A DNA stretch of 64,000 nucleotides from a virus: the IMG/VR virus record IMGVR_UViG_3300043410_001242. One strand, 5' to 3'. The notes under the pieces are model-generated. The model did not search any database. It was not told the DNA's origin and worked only from the letters and a program-made list of their open reading frames with translations. Below are positions 1-8,793 of the stretch, piece by piece (the first letter of the stretch is position 1; every line of letters starts with the position of its first letter). Position numbers and translations under genes: made by a program.

Positions 1-216
1 ACCGAAAACAGACTTAACCAGGGTCTGGATCATCTTAGAATGAACCATTTGGAGATTATTCCACAAAACCTTGGTGTTTTTATTAAGTGGGTTACCTCCG
101 ATGCAATCCGAGAAGAACTGGATACCATTATTGAATCTGGCTTCATTCCAAAGGATATTGGTGCTGTGGCTTCCAAGGTTGCCCGTGACTGGTTCTTCCG
201 AACCACTCAGGTGTGA
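1..216 (+). CDS. RNA ligase (Rnl2 family), C-terminal part, truncated by window start
   Basis: Frame 1, not in ORF track: TENRLNQG...GVFIKWVTSDAIREELD...VARDWFF* resembles the Rnl2 C-terminal domain. Confidence 0.6.
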   Translation, partial: TENRLNQGLDHLRMNHLEIIPQNLGVFIKWVTSDAIREELDTIIESGFIPKDIGAVASKVARDWFFRTTQV

Positions 217-295
217 TTGTTTCTCCCTGGTTGATAGACTGTTTCACCGATCAGCCACAACCAGGGCTTGACTTCCGGGCCAGTTCTGATACAAT
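215..295 (+). promoter_or_regulatory. Early promoter cassette copy 1
   Basis: GATTGTTTC (215) and GACTGTTTC (237); TTGACT (268), 16-nt spacer, TACAAT (290). Confidence 0.75.
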
Positions 296-330
296 CCTTC
301 CATAGTTTAAGAAATCAATAGGAAATTTAT

Positions 331-720
331 ATGTCACTTAAAAATCGTCTTGGAAATTCACACAACCCATACCAGGGTTCATTCAAAAAAGTCCTTACCG
401 TATGCTCTGCTGGGTTACTACGTTCACCCACGGCTGCATGGGTATTGTCCAATCCACCATTCAATTTCAATACCCGTTCTTGTGGGTATAATGATGAGTA
501 TGCACTAACAGTATTGGATGAAGTATTGCTAGAATGGGCTGATGAAGTCGTGGTAATGGATACTAGACAAGAAAAGGTAGTCCGTGAAATGTTGGATAAT
601 AGTGGTTCAGATTCTAGAAAGCCTGTCCATGTATTGAATGTGCCGGATAATTATGGTTACCGTGAACCAGAATTAGTCGAACTAATGACCGAAAAGTTTA
701 ATGAATTATTTGAAGTTTAA
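331..720 (+). CDS. Low-molecular-weight protein tyrosine phosphatase-like protein
   Basis: VCSAGLLRS (CX5R) P-loop; WADEVVVM; NVPDNYGY. Confidence 0.85.
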   Translation: MSLKNRLGNSHNPYQGSFKKVLTVCSAGLLRSPTAAWVLSNPPFNFNTRSCGYNDEYALTVLDEVLLEWADEVVVMDTRQEKVVREMLDNSGSDSRKPVHVLNVPDNYGYREPELVELMTEKFNELFEV

Positions 721-735
721 TTGAGAGTTTATATT

Positions 736-1146
736 ATGATGAAAGCAGGTGAATTTTATATTGGCGATTTGTGCTACGTATTACATGATGTTTGGGATGA
801 AGTATGTGACCTATTATTCCCTGATGATGATGGTTATCGCGAAGGAGAATTCACACTAAAGGATGGTCGTCAGTTTGCCATTTATAATACTCAATTCGGT
901 GATGGTGAATACTTGACAAATGGTAATGGTAGATGCCTTGTCGATTCTGGTACTATTGGTTGTATTTTGAAGTCTGATATTCGGGACAATACTTATACAC
1001 CCGAACAAATTGAAAGATTCGCTGAGTTTGTTACTATGGACCGGCCGTTTGAAACCAGTATTGATTTCGATTCATATGAAGATGATGATGGTTATCGGGT
1101 TGAAGAAAAGATTATTCGCTTCGGCCATTTTAATGTTTACACCTAA
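736..1146 (+). CDS. Conserved phage hypothetical protein
   Basis: AGEFYIGDLCYV...GDGEY...VDSGTIG; start refined to ATG. Confidence 0.7.
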   Translation: MMKAGEFYIGDLCYVLHDVWDEVCDLLFPDDDGYREGEFTLKDGRQFAIYNTQFGDGEYLTNGNGRCLVDSGTIGCILKSDIRDNTYTPEQIERFAEFVTMDRPFETSIDFDSYEDDDGYRVEEKIIRFGHFNVYT

Positions 1147-1159
1147 TTAGGAGATATAA

Positions 1160-1324
1160 TATGAGTAATTACAGAGATTATAACGGAACTGAATATGACT
1201 ATTCAAAGGATGAAACCCTTGATAATGGTCGGTTATATAATAAGAGAATGGGTTATATGAACCCAAAGGTATCTGAAGATACTGAATTTGAACCTGAGTT
1301 TTATGACCCTGATTTGTGGTAATA
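1160..1324 (+). CDS. Small acidic hypothetical protein (54 aa)
   Basis: AGGAG RBS; MSNYRDYNGTEY...DPDLW*; below ORF-track cutoff. Confidence 0.55.
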
Positions 1325-1336
1325 GGAGATAGTATT

Positions 1337-1531
1337 ATGTTTGATCGAGAAAAGGCTATTGAAGCCCTTATTGATGATGATTTTGATGCAATCGTCGGTT
1401 GTCGTAGTTGGGATTATCTGTATGATATTCTATATCATGGGCATCTTGGTTATGACCATATGACTGATAATGAATTGGTTGATGAATGTGCAGAACGTGA
1501 TATTCCATATGAATTTGGAGAAACTGAATAA
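1337..1531 (+). CDS. Hypothetical protein
   Basis: ORF with AGGAG RBS, coupled to next gene. Confidence 0.6.
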   Translation: MFDREKAIEALIDDDFDAIVGCRSWDYLYDILYHGHLGYDHMTDNELVDECAERDIPYEFGETE

Positions 1532-1722
1532 TGACTTATATTTTGGTAATGTATATCTACGCGGGTATGTTGGCAAAGGGTGATAGTGTAACACTTGTTA
1601 ATGCGGGTGAATATACTAGTATTGATGCCTGTAATGCTGCGGGTATGAGTGGTAATGAATTGGTAAAGGGTTCTGCAAAAGAATACCGTTATCTCTGTCT
1701 GAAAAAGGGAACAAGAGAATAA
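1531..1722 (+). CDS. Small secreted/membrane protein with Cys pair
   Basis: Hydrophobic N-terminus; C...C pattern. Confidence 0.55.
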   Translation: MTYILVMYIYAGMLAKGDSVTLVNAGEYTSIDACNAAGMSGNELVKGSAKEYRYLCLKKGTRE

Positions 1723-1745
1723 TTATGGCATATTATTTTGTGGGA

Positions 1746-2360
1746 CTAATTCAATCTAATACACTTCCATCCTTTAGTATCTTTTAATTTCCCTTTAGAT
1801 ACTGAAGTCATGTTACCCGGATTCAAATTATTATCTCTACAAAATTGTGACATATTACTTATTGTGTAAGATATACCGTTTGGGTCCGTAACTAACCATT
1901 TTTTAGAATTTATAAAATAGGCATCTAACCGTTTATTAATTGATTCTATTTTATGTTTCTTTCCTTTATTAGAATTTCCTATTTTTCTTTTCCAATCATC
2001 AGAAAATGGTGGTCTTGATTTACCAGTATGTGATATACCTATTTTTCTCTTATGTTCATTGGTTAGTATTCGTCCAGAACAACCATCACCCCCGTCAGTT
2101 TTATTGCGAAGAATACCAGTATTATTATCTTTTCTACCAAACCAACGGATATAATATCTCTCAAGTATGAAAGATTGTAATTCTGTTAGATTTTGTTCTA
2201 TTATTATAATAAGAGATTTGTTTTTAGGTGGTCTTACTTCCCCTTGACCTTTGGTATGTGATCGTTTACCTTTACCCTTACCAATATAATATGGTGTATA
2301 ATCATCACGAAGATAAGCATAAACATAATATATTGATTGATTTGGATTATAAATATCCAT
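1746..2360 (-). CDS. Free-standing GIY-YIG homing endonuclease (Seg-like) with NUMOD3-type repeats
   Basis: YYVYAYLR...YYIGKGKGKR; N..DGGDG linker; EHKRKIGISHTGK and DWKRKIGNSNKGKK repeats; antisense to flanking genes. Confidence 0.85.
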   Translation of the reverse strand: MDIYNPNQSIYYVYAYLRDDYTPYYIGKGKGKRSHTKGQGEVRPPKNKSLIIIIEQNLTELQSFILERYYIRWFGRKDNNTGILRNKTDGGDGCSGRILTNEHKRKIGISHTGKSRPPFSDDWKRKIGNSNKGKKHKIESINKRLDAYFINSKKWLVTDPNGISYTISNMSQFCRDNNLNPGNMTSVSKGKLKDTKGWKCIRLN

Positions 2361-2421
2361 GTGATACTCCTTGATAGTATTACTGGGTATGGTAGTTGGT
2401 AGCTACGCGATACCCTTTTTT
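2348..2421 (+). ncRNA. Candidate antisense sRNA unit of endonuclease element 1
   Basis: TATAAATA 2348-2355; hairpins 2361-2383 and 2385-2415; T6 tract; same architecture as 25848-25921. Confidence 0.5.
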
Positions 2422-2462
2422 GTTGTCTTTTGTTTTATTATTTATGTATTTAGGAGTGAAAA

Positions 2463-2669
2463 ATGTATTATAGTGATGAGTATTACGAAAAGGTTGCACC
2501 AAACTTCCGTAAGTTTATGGATGAATTGACTGTATTATCTCGCAAGTATGGTGTTGCGGTATCAGGACATTATGATTTAACTGATAACCCTTCAGAATTT
2601 GCTAATCTAATGTATGATCGGGATTATACGTCAGGTGATATTAATTGTTATGGTTATTGGGATGTATAA
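2463..2669 (+). CDS. Hypothetical protein
   Basis: ORF with AGGAG RBS. Confidence 0.6.
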   Translation: MYYSDEYYEKVAPNFRKFMDELTVLSRKYGVAVSGHYDLTDNPSEFANLMYDRDYTSGDINCYGYWDV

Positions 2670-2911
2670 TGTATAAAATTCAATTAAAAGACTCTTATAG
2701 TAATACTGTTACCATCTATTTCAGTAATAGTTTGACAGTATATCCCCGTAGTGATGGCAAATATACTGTTATTATGGATGGACTTCATAATAATGGTGGT
2801 TGGTTAATTCCATCCGAATATCATACTTATGATGAAATCATTGAAAAGATTGATAATGCAATTCAGTATTGGGTTGAATATAATGATAAAATTAGGAGAC
2901 ATGGGAGTTAA
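2669..2911 (+). CDS. Hypothetical protein
   Basis: TAATG-coupled ORF MYKIQLKDSY. Confidence 0.55.
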   Translation: MYKIQLKDSYSNTVTIYFSNSLTVYPRSDGKYTVIMDGLHNNGGWLIPSEYHTYDEIIEKIDNAIQYWVEYNDKIRRHGS

Positions 2912-3077
2912 TGTATAAAGTAGAATTATCTAGTGAAGAACTGGAACTGGTATTATCTACCCTTAGATATACTGCCGAAAATGGTTATGAACCGGCACAC
3001 AAGGACGATTGGAATGAAATGGAAGAAGAATATAATTCCATTTATAGATTATATGACAAACTGGTGGAATTACGATA

Positions 3078-3272
3078 ATGGCAGATACTAATATCTCGGT
3101 TGGATTTTATACCGGAGAAAAGAATAAGAATATGGTTGGACTTACAGTAGATAATAAGAATACTGGATTATCCCCCCAATTAGCCAGACACCTTGCGGTT
3201 GACCTGATGATATGGGCAGATAGGATTGATCCACCAAAACCGACCGTTGAAAATCAAACACTTACCGACTAG
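3078..3272 (+). CDS. Hypothetical protein
   Basis: ORF track; coupled start. Confidence 0.55.
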   Translation: MADTNISVGFYTGEKNKNMVGLTVDNKNTGLSPQLARHLAVDLMIWADRIDPPKPTVENQTLTD

Positions 3273-3337
3273 AATCCTCCCCTCCTTCGTCCTACCTGCC
3301 CGCCCTGGTGTTGACCGTGCGGCACGCACCAGGGCAC

Positions 3338-3408
3338 CACTGTTTCTCCTCCGTTAGCAGACTGTTTCACGTCCGCTGGCTTGCAATCCTCCAGGACTCC
3401 TGTATACT
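3338..3408 (+). promoter_or_regulatory. Early promoter cassette copy 2
   Basis: CACTGTTTC (3338), GACTGTTTC (3360), TTGCAA (3381), 16 nt, TATACT (3403); upstream stem GCCCTGGTG/CACCAGGGC 3302-3335. Confidence 0.75.
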
Positions 3409-3460
3409 GGTCTCCAACAAGTGAGAGACAAGTTATTAAATTATTATTAGGAGTTATATT

Positions 3461-3691
3461 ATGTCTAAGTATCTGAATGTCAATGATTATGTAAATACCG
3501 TCGAAAAGGTTGCATATGCAAGGGGTAAAGAATATACCCTTAATGATTGGGAAAAAACCTCATATTCATATGCCCTTGGTTATGTTCTGTCCAATTTCAA
3601 GTATTGTCTTGATGAATTGAACCTTTCAGAGAAACAATTGCAAGTCCTGGCCAATCGTACCGAATGGCTGAATAATAACGGAGTAGATTAA
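3461..3691 (+). CDS. Hypothetical protein
   Basis: AGGAG RBS; first gene after cassette 2. Confidence 0.65.
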   Translation: MSKYLNVNDYVNTVEKVAYARGKEYTLNDWEKTSYSYALGYVLSNFKYCLDELNLSEKQLQVLANRTEWLNNNGVD

Positions 3692-3999
3692 CCATGAAAA
3701 GATATAGAGTAGAATTCAATACAACGGAATATGCATATGTGAATGCTTATGGATTATCTGACGCATACTGGTCTGCTAAGACTTATGAGAATTCAACCAG
3801 AATTATATTGGACATTGAGGTGATTAAATGATGAATCGTTATGAAGTAGATTATTCACTAGATAATAGTAAATCAGTTTTTTATATCTTTGATACCTTCC
3901 AACAAAGGTATCTGAAAGATGCTTATAGTTCTTTTGAGTATGCTCAGGAAGATTGTGATATTCTGAATGAACAAGAAGAAATCGACAATTGGAGATGTT

Positions 4000-4218
4000 A
4001 TGGATAAGGATTTGATTTGGTTCTTCATTGGATGGATATCCAATATTTGTGCGGCCTTTCTTTTTGCCCTTATTGTTGTTGATAATGGATATTATTTGAT
4101 TCCAAAGTCCAAGTGGAAATGTAGTGGTGCATATATCATTAATGACGATCCATCCAATACTGAATGTAATGTTTATAAATTAAAAAGAGGTGATGATAAT
4201 GTTCAATCCGGTGGCTAA
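4000..4218 (+). CDS. Small membrane protein
   Basis: GGAG RBS; one hydrophobic helix then C...C. Confidence 0.5.
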   Translation: MDKDLIWFFIGWISNICAAFLFALIVVDNGYYLIPKSKWKCSGAYIINDDPSNTECNVYKLKRGDDNVQSGG

Positions 4219-4303
4219 GCACGCCCACAAAACCAATCGTGCTGTAGTATTTAAAAATAAGAAACAATATAACCGTAAAACTAAGAGAAATGATTATGAG
4301 TGA
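4199..4303 (+). CDS. 34-aa basic peptide, ArfA-like (NPVAK family)
   Basis: MFNPVAKHAHKTNRAVVFKNKKQYNRKTKRNDYE; GAGG RBS; not in ORF track. Confidence 0.55.
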   Translation: MFNPVAKHAHKTNRAVVFKNKKQYNRKTKRNDYE

Positions 4304-4619
4304 TGAAACAAAGTTTGTTAATGAAATGGATTATGTTCTTGACCATTTCAATTTCGAGAAATGCCATAAGGTAATGGAGTTTCTGGATTGGAAATGGGCC
4401 CAGAGTAATGGTTGCGTACCTAGTATTGGTGAAATGCGGCAGTTTGCCCGTGAATTGATTCGGGATGCTTATCGTAATATGACACAGCAAGAAACTATCA
4501 CCAAGGAATGCACCATCGAATGTGGTGGGTTTGTTGTAAGGGTTGAACAGGAGTATCCAGGGCAGAAGGTCTATATTCGCCTTCGGTTTAGTGCGGCTTC
4601 CTGGGACAATTACGATTGA
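4296..4619 (+). CDS. Conserved phage hypothetical protein
   Basis: VLDHFNFEKCHKVMEFLDWKW. Confidence 0.7.
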   Translation: MSDETKFVNEMDYVLDHFNFEKCHKVMEFLDWKWAQSNGCVPSIGEMRQFARELIRDAYRNMTQQETITKECTIECGGFVVRVEQEYPGQKVYIRLRFSAASWDNYD

Positions 4620-4687
4620 TTGTTTCTCGATGGTTAACAGAGTGTTTCACAACCAGGGCTTGATCTCCTCCCTGGTTGTGTTATACT
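4618..4687 (+). promoter_or_regulatory. Early promoter cassette copy 3
   Basis: GATTGTTTC (4618), GAGTGTTTC (4640), TTGATC (4660), 16 nt, TATACT (4682). Confidence 0.75.
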
Positions 4688-4694
4688 CCTCACC

Positions 4695-4967
4695 ATGAAA
4701 AGAGTAAACAAAACACAAAAACTAGGGAACCTGGCCGGTTGGCTGGGTATGGTATCAATTCAGTCAGCTACCCTGCCTGTCACTTATAACGTATTGGTTG
4801 GCAATACAACCAATCTTCCTCCTATTTCGATGGTTATTATGGTTTGGGTAGGATTGATCCTATACCTAATCAGAGCCATTATTCAAAAAGATATGTTACA
4901 TATCACCTCTAATGGTATCGGATTCTTCACCCAATCAGTATTGATGGCATTAATCGTTTTTAAATAG
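4695..4967 (+). CDS. SemiSWEET/PQ-loop-like 3-TM membrane protein, probably leaderless
   Basis: Three hydrophobic helices; GWLG..SATLP; LYLIRAIIQKDMLHITSNGIG; ATG 7 nt after -10. Confidence 0.6.
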   Translation: MKRVNKTQKLGNLAGWLGMVSIQSATLPVTYNVLVGNTTNLPPISMVIMVWVGLILYLIRAIIQKDMLHITSNGIGFFTQSVLMALIVFK

Positions 4968-5238
4968 GAGTTTTATGGTTATTTGTAAGATTTCAGGTGT
5001 ATACCACAAACGTCAACGGTCTAAATGGTATCCAATAACACCGTTTGTTGCCAGAAAACTGGTTTCACAAGGTGCAAAGATAATGAAGGAAATTAAATGA
5101 GTAGAATTATCGCATTGGTTTGGGTAGGTGGCGCAATAGTAAACCCGGCAGGTACCAAGATTCTGCTGGGTAAGTCTGTTGATTTGATCCATAATCTATT
5201 TGGTGTTATTATGCACCATATTTCTACGGTGTCTTAAT

Positions 5239-5415
5239 ATGGAGTCATATATTGTATGTACCTCATGCGAAGAAGAGCATTTGGTATCCGAATTAGATAA
5301 AGAACATATTGATATTCAACAGGATATGTTGGGACATGATGTTTTGATTTATAAATGCCCTGTTACTGGTCGTATATCAAGAGCGTTCATTAGAAATAGA
5401 CTTGAGGAAGTATAA
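5239..5415 (+). CDS. Small Cys-containing hypothetical protein
   Basis: CTSC...CPVTG. Confidence 0.5.
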   Translation: MESYIVCTSCEEEHLVSELDKEHIDIQQDMLGHDVLIYKCPVTGRISRAFIRNRLEEV

Positions 5416-5786
5416 TGTCTTGGTGTAGATGGTCAACTCATTGTGATAATGGTAGAGATTCAAACCTATATGTTTATGAGGGTGATAATGGTCTTTATAT
5501 TCATATTGCAGGAAGGCATCTTATTAATTGGGAAGATGCACCAAAGGAAATGTTAGAATCTGAAATGACACAAGATAATGTCCAAGAATGGATTCGGCAA
5601 TATGACAATAGGTCTAAATGGATAGAAAAACATGGTGTATTTGGTCCTATTGGTCTACCTTATGATGGTGAAACCTTTGTTCTTACCAACAAAGAAGATA
5701 TTAAGAACACTCTTGATATGTTGAAGGAAGCAGGGTATAATTTCCCTGACCGTATCTATGATTATATTGATGAATTTGAGGAATAA
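5415..5786 (+). CDS. Hypothetical protein
   Basis: MSWCRWS; coupled ORF. Confidence 0.65.
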   Translation: MSWCRWSTHCDNGRDSNLYVYEGDNGLYIHIAGRHLINWEDAPKEMLESEMTQDNVQEWIRQYDNRSKWIEKHGVFGPIGLPYDGETFVLTNKEDIKNTLDMLKEAGYNFPDRIYDYIDEFEE

Positions 5787-5788
5787 TA

Positions 5789-6109
5789 ATGGAAGAAATT
5801 AGACATAAACATTATGAATATATTATTGCATGGGCTAAAGGTGCAAAGATTCAACGAAGGGTAAAACAATATGATGTGATTCCCACCCGTAAAGAACCAC
5901 AATTCATATGGTTGGATGATGAGAATCCTACTTGGAATGAAAATGAAGTATACCGATTGAAACCAGTATATAAATCCCAAGAAGTAAAGATTACACTTTT
6001 ATACCATAATTGGTATATTGAACCAGTGGATGAGGGTAAGGGTAACTGTCTTATCACTTATAATGCGATTGATGAACAAATTATTGATATTAGTAGGTTG
6101 AAAGAATGA
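5789..6109 (+). CDS. Conserved phage hypothetical protein
   Basis: HKHYEYIIAWAKGAKIQ...PTW...YRLKP. Confidence 0.7.
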   Translation: MEEIRHKHYEYIIAWAKGAKIQRRVKQYDVIPTRKEPQFIWLDDENPTWNENEVYRLKPVYKSQEVKITLLYHNWYIEPVDEGKGNCLITYNAIDEQIIDISRLKE

Positions 6110-6284
6110 ATCTAATCAGTAAAGAAAATAGAACTAATCAAGAAACCTTTGCACAAGAGATTATTGTTACTGTGTCATTTTCTTTGGAACAATTAATGGA
6201 TACTAGATTGAATAATGTTAGGGATGATTTTGCCTATTGGATTGGTAATGAAATCTTAGATTATATTGAGGATGGTAGACGATA

Positions 6285-6623
6285 ATGAATTTTGAACAGA
6301 TGCAATTTCTGAACAGAGATGCTTTAATGGACCCACATATTGGAGACTATTGGCAAGAAATGTATAGTCCTTATTTTGTAATTGTTGATATTAAAGATGA
6401 TGTTTATACCATATTGAACTTTATTAAAACATCACCAAATTCAGCATATATTGATAATGGTATTTCTTGGAGTGTTGATTTCTCTAAATCTATGGAAGTC
6501 AATAAAGAATGGATTGAAAAGACTGTAAAGTATTCAACTATGGATAAGTTTGTTGCTGATGTAGTAAGAAGTGAAAGATGGTCTGGTATAGCGCAAGAGT
6601 GGAGAAATTATAATGAATCCTAA
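6285..6623 (+). CDS. Hypothetical protein
   Basis: ORF track. Confidence 0.65.
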   Translation: MNFEQMQFLNRDALMDPHIGDYWQEMYSPYFVIVDIKDDVYTILNFIKTSPNSAYIDNGISWSVDFSKSMEVNKEWIEKTVKYSTMDKFVADVVRSERWSGIAQEWRNYNES

Positions 6624-6768
6624 AGAACTCATTTTACAAGTGGAAAGGGCTATTCAATTCGGTAGAATGGATGATTGGAAAGTAGTTATTCCAGTCCGAC
6701 GAATTGGTTCTATTGGTGGTACTCCTTGTGTTAATATTGAATCAGTTAGTGCTGGATTTGATTGGGAT
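6613..6768 (+). repeat. 156-bp near-identical direct repeat, copy A (copy B 8793-8948)
   Basis: 4 mismatches by manual alignment. Confidence 0.9.
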
Positions 6769-6966
6769 TCTGGTAAGGTATTTCTATCAACAAAAGAATC
6801 TCTCAGAGAAATTGATAGGGATGAAATCAAGGCCATCAGAGATAAGTATGAAGAACTTGGTTGGAGTCAATATAAGATTGGTAAAATCAAGAAAGAAAAT
6901 GAAATGTTGAAAAAGAGAATTGAAGAATTGGAAAAGATGCTTGACCAATTGGGAGGGGACGAATGA
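6613..6966 (+). CDS. Hypothetical protein with coiled-coil tail, paralog A of 8793
   Basis: IGGTPCV...AGFDWD motif. Confidence 0.75.
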   Translation: MNPKELILQVERAIQFGRMDDWKVVIPVRRIGSIGGTPCVNIESVSAGFDWDSGKVFLSTKESLREIDRDEIKAIRDKYEELGWSQYKIGKIKKENEMLKKRIEELEKMLDQLGGDE

Positions 6967-7130
6967 TGACTTATAAAAAAAGACTCGATCCACCCGTCCA
7001 TATATTTGATGAACCAGAAGAACCTTACCACATGAAAGTAATTAGAAATCTAATGCAAGAAAATGAAACTCTGAAAAAGAAAATTGTAGTATTGGAAACG
7101 AGACTCGACCTATTGGGAGGGGATGAATGA
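6963..7130 (+). CDS. Small coiled-coil protein sharing the C-terminus LD.LGGDE with 6613
   Basis: MMTYKKRLDPP...ENETLKKKIVVLETRLDLLGGDE; not in ORF track. Confidence 0.55.
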   Translation: MMTYKKRLDPPVHIFDEPEEPYHMKVIRNLMQENETLKKKIVVLETRLDLLGGDE

Positions 7131-7621
7131 TAGTAAAACCAACAAAACCGCTTGAAGAATATGTTAGTGTAAATATTGGAAGACCTTCTTTCTTTTATGA
7201 TATAGAAAAGGAATATTGGAGAGGATTTCAAGAATTCGTAAAAACTTGTGATATTCCTATTGTTGTTAATGGATTTTATTTTACGATAGATGGAATGTTA
7301 GAAGATGATGAATCATATTCTGGAGGTGGTTTTAAATATATGTTCTGGTTTGAATCAGAAGAAGATAAATCAATTTTTATGAAGTATCCACAACTGATTG
7401 ATGTTGATGAAAAGTTAAAGCAATGTAGAGATATGGTTGCTAAAATGGCAGAAGATTTGTGTTCAGTTCAACCTATGCCATCCACTATCATGAAAGATTT
7501 GATTGATTCTGCTGATAAAAGAACTAAAGAACAATTAATTGCCGATGGATATGAACCTGTTGATCCGGTTAGTAATATGCCACTAATGTGGATTAAGAAA
7601 GATATGGTATATAAGGAATAA
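7127..7621 (+). CDS. Hypothetical protein
   Basis: ORF track. Confidence 0.65.
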   Translation: MIVKPTKPLEEYVSVNIGRPSFFYDIEKEYWRGFQEFVKTCDIPIVVNGFYFTIDGMLEDDESYSGGGFKYMFWFESEEDKSIFMKYPQLIDVDEKLKQCRDMVAKMAEDLCSVQPMPSTIMKDLIDSADKRTKEQLIADGYEPVDPVSNMPLMWIKKDMVYKE

Positions 7622-7761
7622 GAAGATGAATGAATATATTGATTTTTTACAGAATTTAAAAGATAAAAAGCTTATTGTTGATTATCAAATTTGTGGTGAT
7701 GATGTGTATATTACACCAGTCGTTCCCATCAATAATGTAATCATAACTTCGGAATTGAATA

Positions 7762-7998
7762 ATGAACATAGAATCCAAACAAATCAACAAACAAATTAAA
7801 AAGATACTTGCAAAAGTTCTTGATCAAAATCAAAATATGCGATGGAATATTGAAGATGCAGAATATTTTGCTAAATTGATTATTGAAGAATGTATGGGTG
7901 TTGTTGATTCTTGCGAAAGTGATTTGTTTTATGATGATGGAATGGTTCCGATTATTGATGTTAACGATAGAATCAAAAAACATTTTGGAGTTGAATAA
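7762..7998 (+). CDS. Hypothetical protein, FAELI..EC/IK.HFGVE family
   Basis: FAKLIIEEC...IKKHFGVE. Confidence 0.7.
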   Translation: MNIESKQINKQIKKILAKVLDQNQNMRWNIEDAEYFAKLIIEECMGVVDSCESDLFYDDGMVPIIDVNDRIKKHFGVE

Positions 7999-8333
7999 TG
8001 GGAATTGATACACACTACTATACTATGCATGGTATTAAAACCGAGTGGGACGATGAATTCGCTCAAGCATATGATGAAGTATATGATGACAATGATACTC
8101 CATGTGTTCTACTTGAATGTATTACTGGTGAATATATGATATTTGGTAATATTCTATATGATAGTGGAAATCTGAGATGGGGTGATATTGAAGATTCGTT
8201 TGTTGAAATTGATATTGATAAACTAACTGAACAAGAACTTGAATATAAAAAACAGTTTATTGCAAAGTTTCCACAGTTTGAAAAATTCATGCAAGAACCA
8301 TTTAAACTAATGACTTTTGTACACTATAGTTGA
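7998..8333 (+). CDS. Hypothetical protein
   Basis: Coupled ORF. Confidence 0.65.
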   Translation: MGIDTHYYTMHGIKTEWDDEFAQAYDEVYDDNDTPCVLLECITGEYMIFGNILYDSGNLRWGDIEDSFVEIDIDKLTEQELEYKKQFIAKFPQFEKFMQEPFKLMTFVHYS

Positions 8334-8349
8334 TATTGAGGACTTGATT

Positions 8350-8793
8350 ATGAATGAACTATCTAATGATTGGAAAGAAGATTGTTTACATTTTTGGGGG
8401 AAAGTTCTAACGGGTAAATACTGTCATTGGTGTGCCGACTGGGACTACCTTTCACTGGACGAAACTTGTCATCCGTTTGCTTATTGTAATTGTGAAAGGG
8501 ATGAATGGGATATGAATGAAAAGATTAAAGAACTTGCTGAACAGGCAGAAGAGGCCGCAAGGAAAAACAATCCTTACTGGCAAATGTCAGATGAATTTCC
8601 AGAGGACAAGATTTGGAGAGAAAAGTTCGCCGAGTTGATTATCCAAGAATGTTCTAATGTGGTAAATGACTTTGCACTTCAACTAGCATCAGAACCAGAA
8701 CACATATTTAACATTCTTGGGGAAAATCTTTTGGTTAGCATCAAAATAACTGATGCTGCTCATAAAATTAAAGAACATTTCGGAGTTGAATAA
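8350..8793 (+). CDS. Two-module hypothetical protein (HWC.DWD module plus HFGVE module)
   Basis: N-terminus matches 13415 ORF; part from Met at 8512 matches 7762/9121/9813. Confidence 0.65.
   Translation: MNELSNDWKEDCLHFWGKVLTGKYCHWCADWDYLSLDETCHPFAYCNCERDEWDMNEKIKELAEQAEEAARKNNPYWQMSDEFPEDKIWREKFAELIIQECSNVVNDFALQLASEPEHIFNILGENLLVSIKITDAAHKIKEHFGVE

Noticed and set aside
71-271. 66-aa ORF 71-271
   Set aside because: Overlaps the Rnl2-like frame and runs through promoter cassette 1.
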